NCBI GenBank assembly: GCA_963716175.1
Contig: OY970296.1
Location: forward strand, 4,096,001-4,160,000
Direction: 5' to 3'
DNA length: 64,000 nucleotides
Origin: an uncultured Armatimonadetes bacterium
GTDB lineage: Bacteria; Armatimonadota; Hebobacteria; Hebobacterales; Hebobacteraceae
Shown: positions 20,819 to 31,417 of the stretch, one piece after another
Position numbering within the stretch: the first letter of the stretch is position 1
How the letters are laid out: every line of letters begins with the position of its first letter
Notes under the pieces: generated by a model
Seen by the model: only the letters and a program-made list of their open reading frames with translations
What the model was told of the DNA's origin: nothing
The model's database searches: none
Position numbers and translations under genes: made by a program

Positions 20819-21436
20819 ATGGTTGACCCCACTTACTTCGGCTACGGGGGCTTCAGCTTCTCCTGGGGCGACCATATCTGTGCCATCTTCGAGGAACCCT
20901 CCCAGCAGGATGAGATCATGGGCGGGTTCATGGCACAGGGCCTGCGCGCCGCGCAGCGGTGCGTGTGGGTGGCTCCAGGCAACTCGGCCCAGCACCTCCG
21001 AGATTCCCTGGCGAATATGCGCGCTGATCTGCCCACCCTGGAAGCCTCGGAACAGCTCCTGGTGATCTCCGATGTTGACTTCTACCTCCAGGATAACCTG
21101 TTCGAGCCGGATCGCGTGATGGCGCTGCTGGAAGCTCTTCTCGCGGACGGCCAGCGCGCCGGCTATCCCACCATGCGCATCGCCACCGACTTGTCGTGGC
21201 TGCGAGGCAACCGGATCGACCCCGACCTGTGGGAGGAGTTCGAGGGTCGCCAGACCCAGGACCTGGCGGGCCTGCCCGTAGTGCTGGTTTGTCAATATGA
21301 CCGGCGCCAGCTCTCCGGGTCAATCATGGTGTCCGCCTTCCGCACCCACCCCATCGTCATCGTGGGCGATGCCATCCACCAGAACCCGTTCTTCGTCGCC
21401 CGCGCTGCCGGGCCTGCCATCTCGGAGATCATGTGA
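20819..21436 (+). CDS. Stand-alone MEDS domain protein
   Basis: WGDHICAIFE, GLRAAQRCVWV, MRIATDLSW, LVCQYD, THP. Confidence 0.85.
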   Translation: MVDPTYFGYGGFSFSWGDHICAIFEEPSQQDEIMGGFMAQGLRAAQRCVWVAPGNSAQHLRDSLANMRADLPTLEASEQLLVISDVDFYLQDNLFEPDRVMALLEALLADGQRAGYPTMRIATDLSWLRGNRIDPDLWEEFEGRQTQDLAGLPVVLVCQYDRRQLSGSIMVSAFRTHPIVIVGDAIHQNPFFVARAAGPAISEIM

Positions 21437-22702
21437 TCATCCCGCGGGAAGGGCGCGGCGCAGCAGCTCCGTGAGGTGCAGCACCTCCACTGGCACGCCG
21501 AATCGCCTGGCGCCGTATCTGAGTTGCATCATACAGGCCGGACAGGGCGTGACCACGATCCCGGCCCCGGTGGACCGGATGTTCTCCATCTTTCGCGCCA
21601 GAATCTGGCTGGCCAGCTCGTGGTGTGTCAGCGCGTAGCTGCCCGCGCCCCCGCAGCACCAGTCGGCCTCCGGCAGCTCGCGGTACTCCACGCCCGGGAT
21701 GCGCCGGAGCAGCTCCCGTGGCTGGCGCACGATCTTCTGATAGCGGCTGAGGTGACAGGGATCGTGGTAGGTGACCACCGCGGGGACGGGCCGCAGACCT
21801 TCCGGAAGTTCGAGCTCGGCGAGGAACTCCGAGAGATCACGCACGCGGGAGGCCATCGCTTCCGCCTCCTCGCGCCGGGGGTCGTCAGCCGCAAACAGCC
21901 GCGGGTAGTCCTTGAGGAAGGAAGAGCAGCTCGCGCAATCGGTGACGATGGCGCTGCTTCCCAGGGGGCGCAGCGCCTCCAGGTTTCTCCCCGCCAGTTT
22001 GCGCGCTGACTCCAGGTCGCCATAGGCATAGGGCGGCAACCCGCAGCAGACGTTGGGCGCGATGGCCACCTGATAGCCGGCGGCCGCGAGCAGGTCCAGG
22101 CTGGCCTCGCCCACCTCGGGGAGAGCATAGTCAATGGCGCAGCCCAGGAAATAGGTGACCTGCCTGACGCCGGTGGCCTGCGAGGTCATGCCGGCCACCC
22201 GGTCGCGGAGGAACGATGACGGGGCGGGCAGCATGGCCGGCGCCTCTCCCAGCCCCCGATCGAGCCAGGGCAGCAGGCGAACCAGTTTCGCCAGGCTGGT
22301 GAGGCGAGTCCGCTTCAGCCACCCCAGCCCGCGGACCACCGTCCGAAGCGCGGCCGGGTTGGGCAGAATCCGCCGGAACAGGAAGCGCTGCAGGCGCGAT
22401 TGGCGCTGCGCCAGATAGCTGGCACGGGCGGCGGCGATGATCCGATCGGTCTCGATTGCCGGCGGGCATTCGGCGGTGCAAGCGCGGCACATCAGGCAGG
22501 CGAAAAGCGAGGCGCGGATATCACCATCGAGCGGCAGATCCTCCTCCACCACCGCCTGGAGGCGAGCGAAATGCCCTCTCGCCACAGACGATTCCAGGCC
22601 GGTGATGCGATAGACGGGACATCGGGTCTGGCAGAAGCCGCACCGGTTGCACTTGTAGAGCTCGTCAGCTACAGCTTGAACCAGCGGAGGGGCCTCCGGC
22701 AC
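21437..22702 (-). CDS. GlcF-like Fe-S protein (two 4Fe-4S motifs plus two CCG domains)
   Basis: CNRCGFCQTRCP, CLMCRACTAECP, CCG, TYHDPCHL, CCGGAGSY. Confidence 0.88.
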   Translation of the reverse strand: MPEAPPLVQAVADELYKCNRCGFCQTRCPVYRITGLESSVARGHFARLQAVVEEDLPLDGDIRASLFACLMCRACTAECPPAIETDRIIAAARASYLAQRQSRLQRFLFRRILPNPAALRTVVRGLGWLKRTRLTSLAKLVRLLPWLDRGLGEAPAMLPAPSSFLRDRVAGMTSQATGVRQVTYFLGCAIDYALPEVGEASLDLLAAAGYQVAIAPNVCCGLPPYAYGDLESARKLAGRNLEALRPLGSSAIVTDCASCSSFLKDYPRLFAADDPRREEAEAMASRVRDLSEFLAELELPEGLRPVPAVVTYHDPCHLSRYQKIVRQPRELLRRIPGVEYRELPEADWCCGGAGSYALTHHELASQILARKMENIRSTGAGIVVTPCPACMMQLRYGARRFGVPVEVLHLTELLRRALPAG

Positions 22703-22766
22703 TACGCACTCCTGATTGCTGGCGGCGATAGCTCATTATACCACGCCGCTCACTGCCGCCGCCACA

Positions 22767-24098
22767 TCACGCCGCCTCGCGGCCCAGCGCCTGCATCGCC
22801 TCCCCCACCACGTAGAGCGACCCTGTCACCACGATGGCATCGCTGGGGCGGGCCTGATCCAGCGCCTCCCGCAGCGCCAGCGAAACCGGGGTGTAGGCCG
22901 CGGTGTGCCGGCAGTGAGTGTAGACCACGCGCTGGAGTTCCTCCGCCGGCACGGCGCGGGGCGAGGAGCTGGCGGTGACGATCACCCGGTCGGCGATCGG
23001 GCACAGCCGAACGGCAACCGCCTCCGGGTCGTGGCCGCGCTGAACGCCCAACACCAGGATGATGCGATAGCCCGAGAACAGGGATTCCAGCGTGGCCGCC
23101 AGCGCCTCGGCGCTGGGCGCGTTGTGCGCGCCATCGAGGATGAGATAGGGCCGGCGGTTCACGATCTCGAACCTGCCAGGCCACTTCACGGACTCGATGC
23201 CCTGGCGGATGGCCTCGGCCGACACCGGGATGCCATGCGCTGCCAGGCCCTCGATCAGACCTACTGCCACCGCCGCGTTCTCGGCCTGGTGAGGTCCGAG
23301 GAGATGGCACTCCAGGTCGGCATAGGTGGCCTTCGCGGTCTGGATAGTGAAGACCTGGCGGTGGTGATTGGCGCTGCTGATGGAGACACGCGGTCCTCCC
23401 GGCTCCCCCACCACGATGAGCTGGGCCCGGCGCTCCAGGCAGACCTCCTGGAACAGATCGAGCACCTCTGGGGACTGAGGAGCGGAGATCACCGCCACGC
23501 CGGGCTTGATGATCCCGGCCTTCTCGGCCGCGATCTGTGGGATGGTATCGCCCAGTTCCTGCATGTGATCGAAGCCGATGCGAGTGATCGCGCAGATCAG
23601 GGGCTTGACGATATTGGTGGCATCCAGGCGGCCCCCCAGGCCGGTCTCGATCACGGCCAGATCAACCTGCTGTTGGGCGAAGTAGAGAAAGCCGAGGAGG
23701 GTGTAGGCCTCGAAGAAGCTGGGCTCGCCCAGCTCGGACCCGCGCAGCGACTCGATCACCGGGAAGGCCTGCTCCACCAGAGAGACCACGTCGGCCTCCG
23801 GGATCATCTTGCCCTCCACGCGGATGCGCTCGCGAAACGAGATCAGGTGGGGCTTGCTGTAGAGGCCGATCTTCAGCCCGGCCGCGGCCAGCATGGAGGC
23901 CGTGATCGCCGCGGTGGAACCCTTGCCCTTGGTGCCGGCGATGTGCACGCAGCGCAGCCCCAGGTGCGGGTCGCCGAACTCGTGCAGCATGTGTCCGATT
24001 CGATCCAGGTTCCACAGCCGCGCCGCGGCCGCGCCCGCGGGTGTGCGCTCATAGTCAATCAGGGATTCGAGGTAGGCGACCGCCTCGGCATAGGTCAT
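22767..24098 (-). CDS. folC: Folylpolyglutamate synthase/dihydrofolate synthase
   Basis: HIAGTKGKGST, PHLISFRERI, ETGLGGRLDATN, WPGRFE, LDGAHN, TGSLYVVG. Confidence 0.95.
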   Translation of the reverse strand: MTYAEAVAYLESLIDYERTPAGAAAARLWNLDRIGHMLHEFGDPHLGLRCVHIAGTKGKGSTAAITASMLAAAGLKIGLYSKPHLISFRERIRVEGKMIPEADVVSLVEQAFPVIESLRGSELGEPSFFEAYTLLGFLYFAQQQVDLAVIETGLGGRLDATNIVKPLICAITRIGFDHMQELGDTIPQIAAEKAGIIKPGVAVISAPQSPEVLDLFQEVCLERRAQLIVVGEPGGPRVSISSANHHRQVFTIQTAKATYADLECHLLGPHQAENAAVAVGLIEGLAAHGIPVSAEAIRQGIESVKWPGRFEIVNRRPYLILDGAHNAPSAEALAATLESLFSGYRIILVLGVQRGHDPEAVAVRLCPIADRVIVTASSSPRAVPAEELQRVVYTHCRHTAAYTPVSLALREALDQARPSDAIVVTGSLYVVGEAMQALGREAA

Positions 24099-24346
24099 GG
24101 CTGGCGGTAGACGACGTCGCGCTTCCGTATTCGGGTTACGATGGTCACCCCTTCGGAGTGCCGATAGAGCATCCGGTAGTTGCCGACGCGCAACGACCGT
24201 CCTCCGCCAAACTCGCCGCGTAGCCGTTTCCCGACCGCTGGGTTCTCCCTCAACCTATCGAGAGCTTCCAGCAGACGCGGGCGCTCGCTTCGAGGAGCCG
24301 CGCTTAGGTCGCGCTCGGCGCCCGCGGTGAGCTGCATCGGAGGCAT
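24095..24346 (-). CDS. RelE/ParE-family toxin
   Basis: L.ENP..GKRLRG...RSLRVGNYRMLY...IRKRDVVY. Confidence 0.85.
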   Translation of the reverse strand: MPPMQLTAGAERDLSAAPRSERPRLLEALDRLRENPAVGKRLRGEFGGGRSLRVGNYRMLYRHSEGVTIVTRIRKRDVVYRQP

Positions 24347-24617
24347 CTCTCAGTAGCCTCTCCTTCACAACCTCGTAGTCCACAGTCCGACCCGCGCGGA
24401 TGTCCTCTTCGCCCTCCCGGATCGCTTTCACCAGCTCCGGGTCGGACATGATCTCGATGGTCTCCTGCATCCCATCGTAATCATCGTACGCGAGAAGCAC
24501 GGCCGCGGGATGCCCGCCCCGCGTGATGATGACCCGATCGAACGTCTCGTCGGTCTCCCGGACCAGCTCGCAGAAGGACTTCTTGGCTTCTGTCACCGTC
24601 AGGAATCGCTCTGGCAT
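24255..24617 (-). CDS. Phd/YefM-family antitoxin
   Basis: [42 protein letters not shown]. Confidence 0.88.
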   Translation of the reverse strand: MPERFLTVTEAKKSFCELVRETDETFDRVIITRGGHPAAVLLAYDDYDGMQETIEIMSDPELVKAIREGEEDIRAGRTVDYEVVKERLLRDASDAAHRGRRARPKRGSSKRAPASAGSSR

Positions 24618-24644
24618 GGTCTTCACCTTCTCGATCGCCTGCGG

Positions 24645-24686
24645 CGATCTGACCATTATTATGGTCAGATCGGGTGGCGCTGTCAA
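24645..24686 (-). promoter_or_regulatory. TA promoter with palindromic operator
   Basis: TTGACA-17 nt-CATAAT; 12-bp inverted repeat CGATCTGACCAT-TATT-ATGGTCAGATCG at 24645-24672 covers the -10. Confidence 0.8.
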
Positions 24687-24715
24687 TGGCCTCAACGAGG
24701 AAGGAAGAGCGCTCT

Positions 24716-24778
24716 GGGCAGGAGATACGCTCCTGCCCTACCAGCTCCATCCGCGTTCATCGGCGTCCATCTGCGGCT
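24716..24778. repeat. REP-like palindrome plus 10-nt variant of the ATCTGCG array
   Basis: GGGCAGGAGATACGCTCCTGCCCTAC; CATCCGCGTT CATCGGCGTC CATCTGCGGC. Confidence 0.7.
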
Positions 24779-24798
24779 CAGGCCGTTCTCGCGCGTCC

Positions 24799-26064
24799 TC
24801 AATCCACCTCCAGCTCATCGTAGATCGGGAACCGCGCGCAAAGCTTGCCCACTTCCTCTCTCACCTGCCTGCGCACTTCCGGGTTGAGGGGGCTGCGCAG
24901 CACCCGCCCCATCATCTCACCAATCTGCGCCATCTCCGGCTCCTTCATGCCCCGGGTGGTGACCGCGGGCGTGCCCGGCCGGATGCCGGAGGCGATGGCG
25001 GGAGGCTGATGGTCGTAGGGGATGCTGTTCTTGTTCACGATAATGCCGGCCTCCTCCAGTATGTTGGCCGCATCCCGCCCGCTCAATGGCAGGGGCCGGA
25101 GGTCGCACAGCACGAGGTGGGTATCGGTGCCGCCGCTCACCAGCCGGATGCCCTGGCCCTGCAAGCTCTCGGCCAGGGCGCGGGCATTCTTCACGATCTG
25201 ATGCTGATAGGCGCGGAAGCTCTCCGTCATCGCCTCCTTGAAGGCCACCGCCTTGGCCGCGATCACGTGCATCAGCGGCCCGGCCTGGATGCCGGGGAAG
25301 ATCGCCCGGTCAACGGCATCCGCGAGGTGGCGCTTGCACATGATGAAGGCGCCGCGCGGGCCTCGCAGCGTCTTGTGCGTGGTGGAGGTCACGATGTCGG
25401 CATAGGGCACCGGGCTGGGGTGGGCGTCGGCCGCGATCAGGCCCACGATATGGGCGATGTCCGCCATCAAGAAGGCGCTAACCTCATCTGCGATCAAGCG
25501 CCAGGCCTCCCAATCTATGGTGCGGGGATAGGCGCTGAAGCCGACCACGATCAGTTTCGGCCGATAGAGCTGGGCGATCTTGCGCGCGGATTCGTAGTCC
25601 AGCAGCTCCGTATCCCGGTCCAGCGGGTAATGGTGGACGCGGTAGTAGCGGCCCGAGAAATTGACCGCCTGCCCGTGGCTGAGGTGACCCCCGTGGTCCA
25701 CGGACAGAGAAAGGATAGTGTCGCCCGGCTCCAGCACCGCATAGTAGGCGGCCATGTTGGCCTGGGAGCCGGTATGGGCCTGCACGTTGACGTGGTCGGC
25801 CCCGAACAGCTCCTTGGCGCGGTCTATCGCCAGCTGCTCCGCCCGGTCCACGGGCCCGCAGCCATTGTACCAGCGGGCGCCAGGGTAGCCCTCCGCGTAC
25901 TTGTTGGTCATGATGCAGCCCTGGGCCTGGAGCACGGCCTTGGAGGCGTAGTTCTCGGAAGGGATCATCACCAGGCAGGTGCGCTGGCGCTCCAGTTCCT
26001 CCTCGAGCGCGGCGGCGATCTCGGGGTCGGACTGGCGCAGGGTGAGGTTCATCATCTTCGTCAT
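24799..26064 (-). CDS. glyA: Serine hydroxymethyltransferase
   Basis: [42 protein letters not shown]. Confidence 0.96.
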   Translation of the reverse strand: MTKMMNLTLRQSDPEIAAALEEELERQRTCLVMIPSENYASKAVLQAQGCIMTNKYAEGYPGARWYNGCGPVDRAEQLAIDRAKELFGADHVNVQAHTGSQANMAAYYAVLEPGDTILSLSVDHGGHLSHGQAVNFSGRYYRVHHYPLDRDTELLDYESARKIAQLYRPKLIVVGFSAYPRTIDWEAWRLIADEVSAFLMADIAHIVGLIAADAHPSPVPYADIVTSTTHKTLRGPRGAFIMCKRHLADAVDRAIFPGIQAGPLMHVIAAKAVAFKEAMTESFRAYQHQIVKNARALAESLQGQGIRLVSGGTDTHLVLCDLRPLPLSGRDAANILEEAGIIVNKNSIPYDHQPPAIASGIRPGTPAVTTRGMKEPEMAQIGEMMGRVLRSPLNPEVRRQVREEVGKLCARFPIYDELEVD

Positions 26065-26105
26065 CTCTCCGGGTGGAATGGCGGAACCATCGGCCAACGA
26101 TCGGC

Positions 26106-27665
26106 TCAGTGTCGGAAGTGCCGGACTCCGGTGAACACCATGGCCATGCCATGCTCGTCGCAGGCCGCGATCGCCTGCTCGTCGCCGCGCGACCCTCCGG
26201 GCTGGATGATAGCGGTGACGCCCGCCTTCGCCGCCGCCTCCACCGCGTCCGGGTAGGGGAAGTAAGCATCGGAGGCCAGCACCGCTCCCTGCGCGCGCTC
26301 GCCGGCCTTCTTCACCGCCAGCTCGGCCGCATCCACCCGGCTGGTCACCCCGCCGCCGATACCAACCGCCTTGGAGCCCTGGGCGATGACGATGGCGTTG
26401 GACTTGGTGTGCTTGCAGACCACCCAGGCAAAGCGCAGCGCGGCCCGCTCCTCCGGGGTGGGAGCGCGCTTGGTCACCCCTCGCATTTCCTCCGGCTCGC
26501 CGGGGGTGTCGCGCGTCTGCACGATCAGGCCCCCAGTGACCTGCTTGAAGGCCCACGGGTCGGTCGCGCTCAGATTGGGCAGCTCCAACAGGCGGAGGTC
26601 CTTCTTGACTGACAGGGCCGCCGCCGCCTCCTGGTGGTAGCCGGGCGCGAGCACGCACTCCATGAAGCCGTACTGCTGGATGCCATCCAGGATGGCCTGC
26701 GCCGTCGCCAGGTCAACTGGCTGGTTGCACCCGATGATCCCGCCGAAGGCCGACATGGGGTCGGTGGCGAGGGCATCCAGGTAGGCCTGGCGCAGGTTGT
26801 CCGCCGCGGCCGCCCCGCAGGGGCTGTTGTGCTTGACGATGATGGCGGCCGGCCGCTGGAACTCCCGCACGAACCCCAGCACCGCCTCCAGGTCGAGGTA
26901 GTTGTTGAAGGAGAGCGCTTTGCCATGAAGCTGGCGCGCGGCCGCCAGGCCCAATGGCGTCAGCGTGAGGCGGCGGTAGAAGGCGCCCTCCTGATGGGGG
27001 TTCTCCCCGTACCGGAGGTCCGTGGTCTTCTGATATGGGTGCAGAAAGAGACCGGGGAAAGTCTCGGCCCCCACGATGTGGTGCGCCAGATAGTTGTAGA
27101 TGGCGGCGTCGTAGCGGGCGGTATGGGCAAAGGCCTCCCGCGCCAGCCGCGCTCGCGAGTCCTCGGGCACCTCGCCCCCGAGCTTCTGCATCTCGTCCAG
27201 CACGCCTGGATAGCGCTGCGGATTGCAGATCGCGGTGACGTAGCGATGGTTCTTCGCGGCCGAGCGGAGCATGGCGGGCCCGCCGATGTCAATGTTCTCG
27301 ATGGCTTCGGCGAGGGTGACATCGGGCCGCGCCACCGTCTGCTCGAAGGGATAGAGATTCACCACTACCAGGTCAATCATGGTGATGCCATGCTTCTCCG
27401 CAGCCGCCATGTGCACCGGGTTGTCGCGCAGCGCGAGCAGACCCCCATGCACCCTGGGGTGAAGGGTCTTCACCCGCCCATCCATCATCTCCGGGAAACC
27501 AGTGTACTCGGAGACATCGGTGACCGGAATCCCGGCCTGGCGGAGATGCGCGGCGGTCCCTCCCGAGGAGAGGATGGTGACCTCCAGCGCGATCAGGCCC
27601 TTGGCGAACTCGCGCAGGCCGGCCTTATCCGAGACGCTCATCAAAGCAGTGCGAACCCGGGCCAT
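26106..27665 (-). CDS. purH: Bifunctional AICAR formyltransferase/IMP cyclohydrolase
   Basis: [52 protein letters not shown]. Confidence 0.96.
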   Translation of the reverse strand: MARVRTALMSVSDKAGLREFAKGLIALEVTILSSGGTAAHLRQAGIPVTDVSEYTGFPEMMDGRVKTLHPRVHGGLLALRDNPVHMAAAEKHGITMIDLVVVNLYPFEQTVARPDVTLAEAIENIDIGGPAMLRSAAKNHRYVTAICNPQRYPGVLDEMQKLGGEVPEDSRARLAREAFAHTARYDAAIYNYLAHHIVGAETFPGLFLHPYQKTTDLRYGENPHQEGAFYRRLTLTPLGLAAARQLHGKALSFNNYLDLEAVLGFVREFQRPAAIIVKHNSPCGAAAADNLRQAYLDALATDPMSAFGGIIGCNQPVDLATAQAILDGIQQYGFMECVLAPGYHQEAAAALSVKKDLRLLELPNLSATDPWAFKQVTGGLIVQTRDTPGEPEEMRGVTKRAPTPEERAALRFAWVVCKHTKSNAIVIAQGSKAVGIGGGVTSRVDAAELAVKKAGERAQGAVLASDAYFPYPDAVEAAAKAGVTAIIQPGGSRGDEQAIAACDEHGMAMVFTGVRHFRH

Positions 27666-27741
27666 GTCAGGGGGCCTCCGTGGAGAATCCGACCGGGCGA
27701 GTATAGCAGGCCGGCCGGGGGGTGTCAAAGCGCAGAGCGCG

Positions 27742-28419
27742 TTAGAGACCGCCGCCGCGGCGCGGCCCCAGCTTGGCGAGCAGGCGCTTCGGATTGGTCA
27801 CCAGCGCGGCCTCCATCTCCTCCCGGGACAGGCCCGCCCCGGCCGCGACGCGGCGCGCGAAGTCCTCGGTCAGGATATCCTCCGGCGCGTGGGCATCGCT
27901 GTTGACCAGAAGCAGCGCCCCGGCCTGCCTGGCGGCCGCAGCCACCGCGCCGTTGCCAAGCGAATGGCCCTGGCGCGCGGAGATCTCGAGCCAGATGCCA
28001 TTGCCCGCGGCCAGCCCAGCCAGCTCCGCGTCGATGGGCCCGGGGTGGGCCAGAATGTCCACCTCCGGGCAGCGCAGCGCCGCCAGATTCGTGCCGGCAG
28101 CGACCGGCTCCACCGGGGTCTCCCCATGCACCACCACGATCTGAGCGCCGCGGCGGCGCGCCTCTCGCGCCAGCTCGGGGATGGCCGCCGGGGGCAGATG
28201 AGTGAGCTCCACACCGGGGATCGCGCGAATCTCCCAATGCTCTTCCGCCAGCCGACACTCCGCCACCAGAGCAGTAACGACCGAGTCGAGATTGCCGCGG
28301 GAAACGTGGTCCGTGAGGGCGATCGCGGTGTAGCCCCGGCAGATCGCCCGGCGAATCAGCTCGATTGGCAGAAGCCCACCGTCGCTCAGCAGAGTATGAG
28401 TGTGGAAATCGTAGAGCAT
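27742..28419 (-). CDS. PHP-domain phosphoesterase
   Basis: DFHTHTLLSDG, ALTDH, VVHGET, ILAHPG, NSDAH. Confidence 0.88.
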   Translation of the reverse strand: MLYDFHTHTLLSDGGLLPIELIRRAICRGYTAIALTDHVSRGNLDSVVTALVAECRLAEEHWEIRAIPGVELTHLPPAAIPELAREARRRGAQIVVVHGETPVEPVAAGTNLAALRCPEVDILAHPGPIDAELAGLAAGNGIWLEISARQGHSLGNGAVAAAARQAGALLLVNSDAHAPEDILTEDFARRVAAGAGLSREEMEAALVTNPKRLLAKLGPRRGGGL

Positions 28420-28434
28420 AGCTCTCTCTCTCGG

Positions 28435-29556
28435 TCAAGCATCCGGAGCGGCCCCGACTGCGATCAGGGCTCGCGCTAGCGCCTCCTCGGGCACTTCGAC
28501 GCCAATCTCGACCACGCCGATCGCTCTCGGCAGCACGAACCGCGGCGCTCCGCCCGCGGCCTTCTTGTCAGACCTCATCGCCGCCAATACCTCCCGCGCC
28601 GGGATGGCAGGAGAGCGCGTGGGGAGTCCACAGCGCTCCAGCAGGCCCTGAATCTGGTCGGCAGTGCTCTCTTCCAGCCTCCCCAGATCCTGGGCTAGAC
28701 GAGACGCGGCGGCCATGCCGATAGCAACGGCCTCGCCGTGCCGCAGGCCGCGATAGCCGGCCAGGGTCTCCAGGGCGTGGCCGACTGTGTGCCCGAGGTT
28801 CAACATCGCGCGCGGCCCGGCCTCCCGCTCATCCTGGCGGACTACGTCGGCCTTGATCTCGCAGCTCCGCCGCACTACGTGGGCGATGGCATCGGGCTGG
28901 CGCTTACTCAGCGCCTCGGCGTTCTCCTCCAGCCACCGGAAGAGCCCGGCGTCGGCGATGATGGCGTGTTTCACCACTTCCGCCAGGCCCGCGCGGTAAT
29001 CTCGCGCGCTCAGCGTACGGAGCACGCCGGAATCGGCGATCACCGCCCGGGGCTGGTAGAAAGCGCCGACCAGGTTCTTGGCCTGCGGGCGGTCCACCGC
29101 CACTTTGCCCCCGACGGAGGCGTCCACTTGGGCGAGCAGGGTGGTGGGGATCTGGACATAGGGCAGGCCCCGCATGTACGTGGCGGCGACGAAGCCGGCC
29201 AGATCGCCGATCACCCCTCCCCCGAAGGCGATCACCGCCGAGCCCCGATCGGCTCCCCGGGAGAGGAGCTGGTCGTAGAGGATCGCTGCCTGCCGCAGGG
29301 ATTTGTGCCGCTCTCCGGCGGGCACGGCGATGGTGTCGAAGGGGAGACCGGCGAGGCCCCGCCGCAGCGACTCACCATGGAGTCGGTCGACGCGAGGATG
29401 AGTGATGACGAAGCCGCGATTCGCTGCCACCGCGTCGGCGATGAGCTGGCCCGCACGCTCCAGCAACCCCTGGCCCAGATGGATCTGGTAGGACCGCGGG
29501 CCCAGCTCGACGCGCAGGGAGATGGTGCACTCCGGGTGGTGCGACGGTGATAGCAT
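28435..29556 (-). CDS. aroB: 3-dehydroquinate synthase
   Basis: GGGVIGDLAGF, PTTLLAQVDASVGGK, KNLVGAFYQP, LNLGHTVGHALE, HGEAV. Confidence 0.95.
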   Translation of the reverse strand: MLSPSHHPECTISLRVELGPRSYQIHLGQGLLERAGQLIADAVAANRGFVITHPRVDRLHGESLRRGLAGLPFDTIAVPAGERHKSLRQAAILYDQLLSRGADRGSAVIAFGGGVIGDLAGFVAATYMRGLPYVQIPTTLLAQVDASVGGKVAVDRPQAKNLVGAFYQPRAVIADSGVLRTLSARDYRAGLAEVVKHAIIADAGLFRWLEENAEALSKRQPDAIAHVVRRSCEIKADVVRQDEREAGPRAMLNLGHTVGHALETLAGYRGLRHGEAVAIGMAAASRLAQDLGRLEESTADQIQGLLERCGLPTRSPAIPAREVLAAMRSDKKAAGGAPRFVLPRAIGVVEIGVEVPEEALARALIAVGAAPDA

Positions 29557-29636
29557 GCTCAGGCTCCACAGGTTGAAGGAAGCGGCACCCCGGGGGGAGC
29601 GCCGCTTCCGGACGCATGCTCGTCCTCAGGCTGCGG

Positions 29637-31274
29637 CTAGATCGGCCCCAGGCTGGCCGGCACCGCCTCTTCCTTCACGATGCGCGGGGTGATGAAGAGC
29701 AAGGTCTCCGTCTCGGAGAAGTGGTGGGTGCGTGTCGTGAACAGGAGGTCTCCGATCAAAGGCAGGCTGCCCAGGATCGGAAGCCTGAGCTCGGTGTCCT
29801 GGACCTCGCCTCCGATGAACCCGCCCACCACGAAAGTCTCGCCGTCTCGCACGTTCACCGTGGTGAGCAGTTGGTTGGTAGTCCAGATCGGGGCGTTGTA
29901 GCTGCCGTAGTTGGCGAGCGGGACCGGGACGGTGCCGGTCTGTCTGGTCCTGACGTACGGGATCACCATGTTGATGGTCCCATCCCCCAGGATCTGGGGC
30001 AGAATGCTCAACTGGGTGAGAATGGGCATGTAAGTGATGCTGACGGTTTGCACCCCGCCGCCGCCCAGGCCGCCGCCGGCCACGCCTCCCACCTGGACTA
30101 GCGGGTAGGTGACGGTGACCGAGTTGTAGGCGGGAAGCAGGTTCATGGTAGAGATGCGGATCGCGTCGGTGACTCGGCCGCGGCCGGTGGTGAGCAAGTA
30201 TTGCAGGGTGGCCTGGAAGTTGTGGCGACCCGCATACCCGATGCGCAGGCTGTTGGCTCCCGGCGGAAGGAAGCCGACCGGCTGGATGGTGGTGTCGCCG
30301 ACAGAGTAGAACCACTGAATGCCGAAGCTCTTCTCCAACTCGGTGCTGACCGCCACCGACTGCAGCTCCACGATGATCTGCTGAGGCTTCCGGTCAATGA
30401 TCTTGATGAACTCGATCAGCTTGTCAACGCCCTCCTCGCTGCCGCGGATGATGATCCCGTTGAGGATGGGCACGGCCACGACATCGGTGACATCGGCCGG
30501 CATGAACTGAGTCAGAGTCCCGCCGCCCCCGGCGGCCCCGCCCAGGCCACCGCCCCGGCCGCCGCCACCCGCACCCCCGCCGCGGCCACCTCCACCCGCA
30601 CCCCCGCCGCGGCCACCTCCACCCGCACCGCCGCCCCGGCCGCCACCGCCGCCTCCACCCATTCCGCCTCCACCCATTCCGCCTCCGCCGCCGCCGCCTC
30701 GGCCGCCTCCAGCCAACTCACCGAGGCCGCCCGCGCCAACTCCCGGCCCCACGGGAAGGGCAGGGCCCGCCTGCGAGAAGTAGTGGCTATCGGCATAGGG
30801 TACGGGGCCCGGGTCGTCCATGGTGCCGAAGAGATAGCAGAGGTACTGAGGCGGCCAGAAGTGCACGGTGTGCATCCTGGAGATGATGGCCGGCTTGGCG
30901 TCAGCCGCCGCGGCCGGCGCGGCGCTGGGCTGCGAGTTGGGAGCCGGCTGGGCATGGGTGGAGACGAAGTAAGTGCCGTCCTGATCCCGCCACCAGTAGA
31001 AGCCCTTGGCCTGGTAGATGTCCTCCAGCACGCGCTCGACCGGGACGTTGTCGCGGGAGAGTGTGATGGGCCCGCGGACATCACCGTCCAGCACGATGTT
31101 GGCGCCGGCGTTCTTCATGATGGTCTGGATCACATCCGGGATGCTGGCGTCGCGCACGTGAATGCTTATCGGTCCACCCGCGGCCTGCTCCGGGGCCTCG
31201 GCCGCGACTGCGGCCAGGGTGGCCAGGCCTACGATCAGGCTGCCCAGGACCAGCGCGATGACACTTCGCCTCAT
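29637..31274 (-). CDS. Secretin (PilQ/GspD-like) with STN domain and Gly-rich insertion
   Basis: Signal peptide MRRSVIALV; STN-like ISIHVRDASIPDVI; secretin C-terminus VRDGETFVVGG, LPILGSLPLIGDLLF, TLLFITPRIV. Confidence 0.85.
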   Translation of the reverse strand: MRRSVIALVLGSLIVGLATLAAVAAEAPEQAAGGPISIHVRDASIPDVIQTIMKNAGANIVLDGDVRGPITLSRDNVPVERVLEDIYQAKGFYWWRDQDGTYFVSTHAQPAPNSQPSAAPAAAADAKPAIISRMHTVHFWPPQYLCYLFGTMDDPGPVPYADSHYFSQAGPALPVGPGVGAGGLGELAGGGRGGGGGGGMGGGGMGGGGGGGRGGGAGGGGRGGGAGGGGRGGGAGGGGRGGGLGGAAGGGGTLTQFMPADVTDVVAVPILNGIIIRGSEEGVDKLIEFIKIIDRKPQQIIVELQSVAVSTELEKSFGIQWFYSVGDTTIQPVGFLPPGANSLRIGYAGRHNFQATLQYLLTTGRGRVTDAIRISTMNLLPAYNSVTVTYPLVQVGGVAGGGLGGGGVQTVSITYMPILTQLSILPQILGDGTINMVIPYVRTRQTGTVPVPLANYGSYNAPIWTTNQLLTTVNVRDGETFVVGGFIGGEVQDTELRLPILGSLPLIGDLLFTTRTHHFSETETLLFITPRIVKEEAVPASLGPI

Positions 31275-31417
31275 CTCATGACCTCCGAACTCAGTGACTG
31301 GCGCCGCCAGCATGACGCGACTGGCCAACCCGCGAGGAGATTCCCCTCGCCCTTCAATCGCGGCTCTCCCCTCGCCCCTCCGTTGCTCACCGACCCTCGC
31401 CCGGAACCGGCTCGAGG

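Noticed and set aside
13106-21436. Genomic island integrated at the tRNA
   Set aside because: No integrase, no duplicated tRNA 3' end noticed and no evident composition shift
26065-26658. N-terminal extension of glyA (619-aa ORF)
   Set aside because: Overlaps purH in another frame; GlyA similarity starts at about 26064
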